Assembly: GCA_016198685.1 (NCBI GenBank)
Contig: JACQID010000004.1
Span: 224,001-288,000 of the forward strand
Length of the DNA stretch: 64,000 nucleotides
Origin: Candidatus Aenigmatarchaeota archaeon
GTDB taxonomy: Archaea; Aenigmatarchaeota; Aenigmatarchaeia; GW2011-AR5
Reading direction: 5' to 3'
The translations under genes and the position numbers were made by a program. Positions within the stretch are counted from its first letter, which is position 1. Each line of letters opens with the position of its first letter. The notes beneath the pieces are model-generated. The model did not search any database. It was given only the letters and a program-made list of their open reading frames with translations, and was not told the DNA's origin. Positions 57,284-64,000 of the stretch are shown here, one piece after another.

Positions 57284-58519
57284 ATGAATTCACTGCGTAG
57301 CTTTCTGAGTGCGGAGGCACTGGCCTACGTCAAGCTACGCTACAGCATTTTTTCGCTTGTTATTAGCGGCATAACATCGATTTTTGCGGGAGTCTTGCTT
57401 AGCAAATCAGAAGCTCTGATACTTGCAGTCCCTGGGCTTCTTGTATTGTTGCCTGCAGCACTGGATATCCGCGGCTGTATTTTCGGAACCTTGGCATCAA
57501 GGCTCGGCTCTGCGTTTCACATAGGCACGCTCAAAAATTTTGACCTGAAAAACAAGGTATTGCGCATAAATGTTTTTGCATCATTGTCTCTTAGCGTGAT
57601 TCTTTCCGTATATCTTGGTATCATATCAAAAATTCTAACGTATCTTTTTGGATTGCCCGCCATACCTTTGCAGGAGCTTGTTTCCATATCGCTGATCGCA
57701 GGATTGCTATCCGGCGTCCTTCTCACGATTGCTTCAATATGGATATCCTTTCTTGCCTACAAAAGAAGCTGGGATCCTGATAATGTAACATCCCCTCTTG
57801 TCACGGCAATAGGCGATTTCTTTACTATACCTAGCCTTATTGCAGCAGCTATGATAGTGCAATATATAGGGCATTATTCTGAAATGATATTCTACGCATC
57901 CGTTATGTTGTCTCTTCTTAGCATGTTTCACGTCCTTATTTCCTCTGGTGTAGTTCCAAATTCCATCAATTTCAAGCGCATAATGACGGAGTCTATGCCT
58001 GTACTCGCATTGTCAGGATTGCTCAGCGCGGCTTCCGGCGTTGTACTGGAAGCATACGTGCACAGCATAATAGCGATACCTATTATATTGATGTTCATCC
58101 CTTCGTTCCTTGAAACCGCAGGCAATATAACAACCATACTCTCGTCACGCGTTGGAAGCAAGCTGCATCTTGGTTTGATCAAGCCTGACTTCAAAATGAA
58201 AGGCGAAAAGCTCCAGGAAATACTCAATTCAATGCGCCTTGCCTATTTCATTTTCCCGCTTTTAGGAATAATGGCTTATTACATAGGCGCATTTGCAGGG
58301 GTCAACGGCTTGACACTCTGGGATATAGTAATCCTATCGGTTTCATCCGGAATTATCCTGCATCTCTTTCTCATCCTGATGTCCATGGCCATATCGATAA
58401 TATCCTTCAACCACAACGTCGATCCGGATAACGTGACAATACCTATAATGACAAGCGTTGCCGACATAGTATCGGTTCTGGTTATAGTAGGAATGGTACA
58501 CGTTCTTGGCTTTGTCTAG
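57284..58519 (+). CDS. mgtE: Archaeal MgtE/SLC41-type divalent cation transporter (duplicated membrane domain)
   Basis: RG.IFG.LASRL, WDPDNVTSPLVT.IGD, second DPDNVTIPIMTSVAD. Confidence 0.88.
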   Translation: MNSLRSFLSAEALAYVKLRYSIFSLVISGITSIFAGVLLSKSEALILAVPGLLVLLPAALDIRGCIFGTLASRLGSAFHIGTLKNFDLKNKVLRINVFASLSLSVILSVYLGIISKILTYLFGLPAIPLQELVSISLIAGLLSGVLLTIASIWISFLAYKRSWDPDNVTSPLVTAIGDFFTIPSLIAAAMIVQYIGHYSEMIFYASVMLSLLSMFHVLISSGVVPNSINFKRIMTESMPVLALSGLLSAASGVVLEAYVHSIIAIPIILMFIPSFLETAGNITTILSSRVGSKLHLGLIKPDFKMKGEKLQEILNSMRLAYFIFPLLGIMAYYIGAFAGVNGLTLWDIVILSVSSGIILHLFLILMSMAISIISFNHNVDPDNVTIPIMTSVADIVSVLVIVGMVHVLGFV

Positions 58520-58611
58520 TCCAGATACGGCACGACTAAATGCAGATACAGATAAAGTGAAAATATCAGAAACAATGCCAATATGACGAAATATCGCCTA
58601 TCACGGTCCAT
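58516..58611 (-). CDS. Possible 31-aa single-TM microprotein MDRDRRYFVILALFLIFSLYLYLHLVVPYLD
   Basis: Charged N-terminus + one hydrophobic helix; its stop overlaps the mgtE stop (CTAG). Confidence 0.4.
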   Translation of the reverse strand: MDRDRRYFVILALFLIFSLYLYLHLVVPYLD

Positions 58612-58647
58612 GACGATTAAATATGCAAATAAGAATTAATAGAGAAA

Positions 58648-58848
58648 GCAGGTAATGTCTGCCCGTTTGCGTAGAGAAGCTTATTCTCTATTGCAGAAAA
58701 TCCTGACCTGCGCCCGCCGGGATTCGCACGGAGGACATTCTTCCTCCGGCGCAGTGAAGACTTCGTCTTCCCTGTGAACCTTCGGTTCTGTTGAAGTGGC
58801 GCCTTCAACATCCAGAGAAGCGAAGCTTGTCCTCGGAAAATCCCAGTA
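58648..58848. other. Multi-hairpin element containing a duplicate of the tRNA-Gly 3' end
   Basis: Seven stem-loops; TGCGCCCGCCGGGATT at 58709-58724 and 58849-58864. Confidence 0.7.
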
Positions 58849-58958
58849 TGCGCCCGCCGGGATTTGAACCCGGATCAACAGCTTTCTTCGTTTTCCGCCG
58901 GCGCTTTTTCTAAAAGGGCCGTTGGAAGGCTGTGGTCCTGCCGTTAGACTACAGGCGC
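58849..58958 (-). tRNA. tRNA-Gly (UCC) with a 39-nt intron at 37/38 (intron 58884-58922)
   Basis: GCGCCTG/CGGGCGC acceptor, ACAGC/GCTGT stem, CT-TCC-A, CCGGG-TTCAAAT-CCCGG; CUUC/GAAG central helix with 3-nt bulges. Confidence 0.92.
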
Positions 58959-59045
58959 TTCTTTCTCATATCCATTATAGACAAAGAAATAAAAATGGTT
59001 GGTTTGGCTCAGAATTGCAAAATGTGCGACATAAGTTCTTGGAGT

Positions 59046-60566
59046 CTATTCGAAGAACTTCCTTACAGCCGGGTTCATGTCTTCTACATAACGCTGAGAT
59101 ATCTGCTCGTAGAAGTTATAGATTATCATGACCGTGAGCAGTATGCCTGTTCCGGTTCCGAGAGCACCTGTGAAATCACCAAGCGCGGCAAGCGTGCCTA
59201 TCGCAAGACCGGAGATTATTGTGAGGGAAGGTATGTACCTGTTCAATACTTGCTCAACTATACGCGGGTCGCGCCTGAAGCCTGGCACCTGCATGCCCAT
59301 GGATTCTATCTGGTTGGCAACGCTGCGCGCATCCATGCCTGCAGTCGTAACCCATAGAATCGAAAAGAGCACTGAGCCCGCAACAAGTATTATCAGGTAT
59401 ACAAATACCCTGAATATGCTTTCCGCGCTTGGCGCGCCGGTGACGCTGAGCGTTACCATTGATGCAAGGATAAGCGAAATAATTGAAGATGCGCCCAGGA
59501 ATTTGCCGAGATTTGGATGCTTCATGTAGTATGCAAGAACCACCGAACCCAGCATCGCCAAAAGGAAGCTTGTGAAGAATAATTCTATTGATGTCTCACG
59601 CGGAACCTGAAGGTAATGGGCAAGGCCCGATACTGCCTGATTATTACCATCAAAGCATCCCAGTAGCCCGCATCTTAAGCCTCCGCCAACGTCCCTTGCA
59701 AGAGCATGGCCTATGAGCTGGATGTTTGCAAGCAAGGCCGCTATAAGGATGACGGGTATGTTGCTGGTATAGATAAGCTTGAGAGGCCAGCTTCTCGCAA
59801 AGCCCCGTACAGAAGCGAAAGCAAGAGGTATCTGCACTTTCATGGCCTGTATATACACGACCATCAAGAAAACTATTACAGTTGAAATTATCGGCAGGAA
59901 TGCGGTAAACGCCTCATAGAACTGCTGTGAGCCTATGTATTGTATCGCCTGCGGAATAAGACCAAATGAGAACTCACTGCCTTCTCCTGCAAGCGGATTT
60001 AATGCCCGGACAAATATCGTCTTTGAAACTCCGGCTGCAATGAAAAGCGATATTCCTGACCCTATACCCCACTTGGACACAACTTCGTCCATGAAAAGTA
60101 ATATTAACGCGCCGAACATGAGCTGGACTACAAGAAACGCTATGGTAACGAAATCCCGGCTTACAGGAGAAACCGCGCCCAAGCCTACGAATATTATAGC
60201 CTCAAATATGCAGAATAATATTGCAAGCAATTTTTGCGTGCTTTGGAATTTGGCTTTGCCCGCCTCAGTGGATGTATCTATATTGATTATCTTGGATCCT
60301 GCAAGAAGCTGTAAGATTATAGATGCAGTGACTATAGGGCCGATACCTAAGGTAATTATGGAACCAAGAGAAGAACCAAGTATCATTTCAAATGTCTGAA
60401 ATTGCTGAAGAGAAGTTTCAGAGACGCCCCAAAGCGTTATCTGACCCATTATGAGAAAGATAAATAATATAAGACCTGTCCATTTGATGCGGGATGAGAA
60501 ATTAAGATAAGTGGAAGGTCCCTTGACACTGGGCAATACCCCTATGATTTTCTCGTACGCAGACAT
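59046..60566 (-). CDS. secY: Preprotein translocase SecY
   Basis: LGIGPIVTASIILQLL, WGIGSGISLFI, YTSNIP, IPGFRRD-like, GTGILL. Confidence 0.97.
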   Translation of the reverse strand: MSAYEKIIGVLPSVKGPSTYLNFSSRIKWTGLILFIFLIMGQITLWGVSETSLQQFQTFEMILGSSLGSIITLGIGPIVTASIILQLLAGSKIINIDTSTEAGKAKFQSTQKLLAILFCIFEAIIFVGLGAVSPVSRDFVTIAFLVVQLMFGALILLFMDEVVSKWGIGSGISLFIAAGVSKTIFVRALNPLAGEGSEFSFGLIPQAIQYIGSQQFYEAFTAFLPIISTVIVFLMVVYIQAMKVQIPLAFASVRGFARSWPLKLIYTSNIPVILIAALLANIQLIGHALARDVGGGLRCGLLGCFDGNNQAVSGLAHYLQVPRETSIELFFTSFLLAMLGSVVLAYYMKHPNLGKFLGASSIISLILASMVTLSVTGAPSAESIFRVFVYLIILVAGSVLFSILWVTTAGMDARSVANQIESMGMQVPGFRRDPRIVEQVLNRYIPSLTIISGLAIGTLAALGDFTGALGTGTGILLTVMIIYNFYEQISQRYVEDMNPAVRKFFE

Positions 60567-60570
60567 TATA

Positions 60571-60948
60571 TCACTCGGTGATTATCTGGCCTCCGGCCTT
60601 CTCCACTTTTTCCTTAGCTGACGGAGAGCACAAAAGCACTTTCACCTTTAGGGGTTTGGAAATCTCTCCTTGCCCAAGAAGCTTGCCATATCCCATCTCT
60701 GTGAGGTTGACTTCTCCTTCAAATTTGGCAAGTTCAAAAACATTTATGACTTTAGCTCTCTCTTTCAAAGACGTGAAGCCTTTCTTGCCGAAATGACCGG
60801 GGTCCTTGGCATATACAAAGCTTCTATTGTGCTTGGAGCTGCCTCCGAGTCCCTTGCCTCCCTTGCTTCCCTTGCCTCGGTGCTTTTTCTTGGCGCCGAA
60901 GCCGTGCGTATGGCTTCCTCTTTTCTTGTTGGCTTTGTCGCTTGTCAT
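60571..60948 (-). CDS. rpl15: 50S ribosomal protein uL15
   Basis: RGSHTHGFG..KKHRG.G.KGG.G, KLLGQG. Confidence 0.93.
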   Translation of the reverse strand: MTSDKANKKRGSHTHGFGAKKKHRGKGSKGGKGLGGSSKHNRSFVYAKDPGHFGKKGFTSLKERAKVINVFELAKFEGEVNLTEMGYGKLLGQGEISKPLKVKVLLCSPSAKEKVEKAGGQIITE

Positions 60949-61268
60949 TATAACATTCTCTTTATGAGTTCATTTATCTTTGCGCCGTTGTAGCCCAAAT
61001 CACCCTGCGGTGCCTTAAGGCTGATGGATTTTATTCCCTTCCTTGGGGGCTTCAGATGTGCAACGCCTTTTATGGCCTTCTGCGTCTCCGCATCGGCTTC
61101 GCCCCATGCAACGAAGTCGGTAACTTTCATTATCATTCCCCTGTATGTCTTGTTGTCTTCCAAGATTATAGCAGAGTTTATTTTCTTCAGGCCCATGACT
61201 CTCAGGGTTTCTTTTATATCCGCCCTGACATTCACGCTACCTCGGATTCTTACAACAACAAGCATCAT
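60948..61268 (-). CDS. rpl30p: 50S ribosomal protein uL30 (short form)
   Basis: VVRIRG, TL..MGL.K.N, VAWGE, L.PPRKG, G.LGY. Confidence 0.92.
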   Translation of the reverse strand: MMLVVVRIRGSVNVRADIKETLRVMGLKKINSAIILEDNKTYRGMIMKVTDFVAWGEADAETQKAIKGVAHLKPPRKGIKSISLKAPQGDLGYNGAKINELIKRML

Positions 61269-61924
61269 TTCACCTTATGAAGATTCATCTTTTTCAACGC
61301 ATCAAAAACGGCATAAGAGTAGTTTACGTGGCTGGATGTGTGGCCGTAGCTCTTGGCCCATATGTCCTTTATGCCGGCCAATCTCATCATCTTCTTGGCT
61401 TCATTGTTGATACACAATCCTATGCCTTTTGGCGCAGGTATAAGAACGACCTTGACTGAGCCTGCCTTGCCTTCCGCCATCATAGGTATTGAATGAGGCT
61501 CATTGCATGAGCATTCCCAAGAACCGCATCCTCTCTTGACAGGTATCATGTTGAGCTTGGCATTTTCAATTGCCTTGCCAATGGCTATTCTATTTTCCTT
61601 TGCACTGGCCTTGCCTATTCCAATGTATCCATTCTTGTTGCCTATGCAAGCAACGGATGAGATAGTATATCTTCTGCCGCTCATGTGCATTCTTGTGGTT
61701 CTCTTCGTCGAGGTCATCCTCTTTCCCCCGCCTTTTCCGGAAGAACCGCCTACATAAATAAGATCATTCTCAAGCATTGGGACGAGCTTGTCAACTATCT
61801 GCGGCTCCTTGATTATCTTGCCCGAGCTAAATATGTCATCAAGCGATGCCACGGAGCCGTTCAATACGTTCCTGCCCAGCTCCGTTCTTGGTACCCAATT
61901 TTGCATGTTATCGTTTGCCATCAT
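61265..61924 (-). CDS. rps5: 30S ribosomal protein uS5
   Basis: WVPRTELG, RGCGSWEC, PAPKGIGL, LAGIKDIW. Confidence 0.96.
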   Translation of the reverse strand: MMANDNMQNWVPRTELGRNVLNGSVASLDDIFSSGKIIKEPQIVDKLVPMLENDLIYVGGSSGKGGGKRMTSTKRTTRMHMSGRRYTISSVACIGNKNGYIGIGKASAKENRIAIGKAIENAKLNMIPVKRGCGSWECSCNEPHSIPMMAEGKAGSVKVVLIPAPKGIGLCINNEAKKMMRLAGIKDIWAKSYGHTSSHVNYSYAVFDALKKMNLHKVK

Positions 61925-62487
61925 TCATTCCCCTTAGCGTTTTTGATTGCCAATTTGACTTCATCGAAGTTCTTGGCTATATCTTCCGGATTGAAGCCAG
62001 ATTTGAGATACGATGAAAATTGCTTTTCATAGGCTGCTTTGTTCTTGGACTTTAAGAGTTTTGCGTATTGGGCAATATGCTCGCCGCGTATTCTTGCATC
62101 ATCAGGGAACGCCTCGCCGGCTGATATGTTCAGGCCAGCATCCTTTGCGCCTTTGATGGCTGCATATATCGCAACGCCCTTTCTTGAATATTGAAGGCCT
62201 ATATCGGCTATAGCTTCCTTTACGCCATGCTTGATCGCTTTTGTTGCGGCAAGCATACCTGCAAGATATGCCGCAGGCACGCTTCCGCTGTGCCCTTTCC
62301 ACCCAAGCGAAGCAAGATCAAGAGAGCTTGCTTCTGTTAGTGTCTTGTCGCCGGACCTTATGAACTCGACAATTTGAATAAGTATTTTGTTGTTGGTTTT
62401 TCTGATTACAAGCCTCGGAAGGCCTGATTTCAGTAATGCCAGTCTCTGCCTGTAATCCGTTTTCTCATTAAGCCTTCTTTTTAGCAT
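61921..62487 (-). CDS. rpl18: 50S ribosomal protein uL18
   Basis: KTDYRQRL.LLKSG.PRLVIRK, PAAYL.G, A.DAGL, RIRGEHI. Confidence 0.95.
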   Translation of the reverse strand: MLKRRLNEKTDYRQRLALLKSGLPRLVIRKTNNKILIQIVEFIRSGDKTLTEASSLDLASLGWKGHSGSVPAAYLAGMLAATKAIKHGVKEAIADIGLQYSRKGVAIYAAIKGAKDAGLNISAGEAFPDDARIRGEHIAQYAKLLKSKNKAAYEKQFSSYLKSGFNPEDIAKNFDEVKLAIKNAKGNE

Positions 62488-62935
62488 TTGAATCCCTCAG
62501 CATCTTGTTTCTTTCTAAGTATGTCATCATGTGAGCCCTGCTTCTGAAGAAGCCGCTGCCCGCTTTCCTGTAAACCTGTCTGTATATCTTCTGATCCATG
62601 GAACCACGAACCAAGTTCAATTGGTCCCGCAACGCGCGGATAGTCTTCATCCAGCTTTCTTTTCTTGAAAGGCCCACAGTGGCTTTTCCTTTTCTGGAAC
62701 CTATCCCTTTTCTTCTGCCCTTTCTCTTCTGGGCAAGCACGGCACGCGCCCTGCCTCTGCTGTTGCCCTTAGCAGGCAGCTCCTTTATGGCACCCTGCAT
62801 GGAGAGTCTTCTTATGTCCGCGGCCGTTATAGCCTCAGCTATATCAGCGCCTCTTGCCGGATCGAACCATACTCGGCTCTCTCCGCATTTCAGCACGCGG
62901 GCCGCTATTTTCTTCTGAGATGTCAGTTGTGCCAT
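62468..62935 (-). CDS. rpl19e: 50S ribosomal protein L19e (start at ATG 62935)
   Basis: L.SQKKIAA.VLKCG.SRVW.DP, GRRKG.GSRKG, W...IRALR. Confidence 0.95.
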   Translation of the reverse strand: MAQLTSQKKIAARVLKCGESRVWFDPARGADIAEAITAADIRRLSMQGAIKELPAKGNSRGRARAVLAQKRKGRRKGIGSRKGKATVGLSRKESWMKTIRALRDQLNLVRGSMDQKIYRQVYRKAGSGFFRSRAHMMTYLERNKMLRDSNAKKKA

Positions 62936-62939
62936 AATA

Positions 62940-63104
62940 TCAGTTCCACATTGCTTCTCCTTCGTTCGGGTATCCAAAGAATCCGAACTTATCGTATGCC
63001 ATTTCGCACTTTCCGCACTGGAACAGGCCCTTGCTTATCTTATTAAGCCTGTCGCCTGCGTTGCCGCATACCGGGCAATTCTTGTCTGCAAATTTTATGA
63101 ACAT
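62940..63104 (-). CDS. 54-aa CPxCG zinc-ribbon protein (not in ORF track)
   Basis: MFIKFADKNCPVCGNAG..LFQCGKCEMAYDKFGFFGYPNEGEAMWN; starts 2 nt after the rpl32e stop and ends 4 nt before rpl19e. Confidence 0.8.
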   Translation of the reverse strand: MFIKFADKNCPVCGNAGDRLNKISKGLFQCGKCEMAYDKFGFFGYPNEGEAMWN

Positions 63105-63106
63105 TT

Positions 63107-63538
63107 CTATTCAGCCTTCTTTTCCTTTTTTGAAGCTTCTTTCTTGGCTTCCTCTTTCTTGACATTGGTTTTTTTCGCTTCTGCCGCTTTTGCGAGCTTC
63201 TCTGCACTTCTGATCCTTTGCCTGTTAAATATTTCAATGCCAAGTTCTTTGGCTTTAGCTGCGATCTCAAGAACGCTCTTCCGCCCCAGAGTTGAAGAAA
63301 GCATGGCAGTATCGCCCTTGTTGAGCTTCTGCAGATCTGTCAAGCCACAAACATATATTACATTCGTGCCTTTGATAGTTCCTCTTGTGGATCTCTGGGT
63401 TCGGTAGCCGATCTTCGGAACCTTTCCAGCGCCTCCCCTGCGCTCACGCATCTTGCTTTGGCCGCCCTTAGGCGCTCTCCATTTTGTTCCAAGCTTGCTG
63501 TGGAACTGATTGTCCTGTCGTCTGAATCTTTTGCTCAT
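63107..63538 (-). CDS. rpl32e: 50S ribosomal protein L32e
   Basis: FRRQ, WRAPKG.QSKMR, P.IGY, Lys-rich tail. Confidence 0.93.
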   Translation of the reverse strand: MSKRFRRQDNQFHSKLGTKWRAPKGGQSKMRERRGGAGKVPKIGYRTQRSTRGTIKGTNVIYVCGLTDLQKLNKGDTAMLSSTLGRKSVLEIAAKAKELGIEIFNRQRIRSAEKLAKAAEAKKTNVKKEEAKKEASKKEKKAE

Positions 63539-63999
63539 AGCTTCTCCCCTGTCTGAAGTTTCTTGTCAACCACATAAATGCCATCATTGAAGACTCTGCC
63601 GTCCCTTTCGACTATCTTGCAGATTTCCTCGATGTTCCTGCAAGTCTGGCCTACATCTTCCAAATCTGTTCCCTTTACAATTACGGTGTCCTTTGTTGCC
63701 TTGACGTCCACCTTGCCCTTTATCTTTGTCATTCGCGGGGCCTTTTCGCCAAGGAAGTTCTTGACAAGTATATCCTTGTCCTTCACTTCAACATTTATTG
63801 GAAAGTGCGAATAGTGAATCTTCATCGTGTATTCGTAACCTTTTGTCACGCCTGCTATCATGTTCTTGGCATGAGCCGCTATTGCCCCTACCATGGCCTT
63901 GATCTGTCGTCTCTCACTCTCCGAGGATACGACAAAATTATCATTTTTCTCCATCTTCACTATGCCGTTAAACAATGGATTCTCAAAATTCTTTGATAG
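63535..63999 (-). CDS. rpl6: 50S ribosomal protein uL6, 5'-partial
   Basis: YSHFP, NFLGEK.PR, D.RVFNDGIY; frame is open to the window end. Confidence 0.93.
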   Translation of the reverse strand, partial: LSKNFENPLFNGIVKMEKNDNFVVSSESERRQIKAMVGAIAAHAKNMIAGVTKGYEYTMKIHYSHFPINVEVKDKDILVKNFLGEKAPRMTKIKGKVDVKATKDTVIVKGTDLEDVGQTCRNIEEICKIVERDGRVFNDGIYVVDKKLQTGEKL

Positions 64000-64000
64000 T

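Noticed and set aside
56675-58519. PhoU/TrkA-C + MgtE pair
   Set aside because: A familiar archaeal arrangement; nothing unusual seen
58690-58848. RNase P RNA, SRP RNA or a split-tRNA half
   Set aside because: GAGGAAG and ACAGAACC occur in the wrong order with no P4 pairing; there is no SRP helix-8 motif; the duplicate lacks the 5' T-stem strand and anticodon half
58681-58878. 65-aa minus-strand ORF in the track
   Set aside because: It starts inside tRNA-Gly and runs through the hairpin element; likely spurious

Overview
This is a 64-kb stretch of an archaeal chromosome. The archaeal ribosomal proteins, GGTGA-type Shine-Dalgarno sites, compact operons and many orphan or surface genes suggest a DPANN lineage (inference). 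Housekeeping content: nucS, ftsZ, ychF, three aminopeptidases, korAB, a geranylgeranyl reductase, a full suf operon, psmA, srp54, ftsY, the rnp4-rps19e-rpl39e-rpl31e-eIF6-pfdA cluster, cysS, secY and the distal spc ribosomal operon. There are three tRNAs: Thr-UGU, Cys-GCA and an intron-containing Gly-UCC. Each has accessory DNA directly at its 3' end. No rRNA, CRISPR array, integrase or intact transposase was seen. Best candidates for something undescribed: (1) a translationally coupled two-gene cassette behind tRNA-Thr, encoding a protein with six tandem 61-63-aa HTH-like repeats and a SNF2-type ATPase fused to a SAM-methyltransferase domain; (2) two unannotated, co-linear 41-aa membrane microproteins inside the suf operon, which is headed by a PadR regulator with three C-terminal Cys and a candidate operator; (3) a LAGLIDADG intein splitting the Fe-S CxxC of KorB so that a natural Cys-3/Cys1 'CPAC' redox-trap arrangement forms; (4) a seven-hairpin element tied to a duplicated tRNA-Gly 3' end; (5) a 2084-aa anchorless surface protein of about 15 macroglobulin-like modules. 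Several genes under 60 aa, absent from the ORF track, were found by hand translation. All family assignments come from motif recognition, with no database searches.
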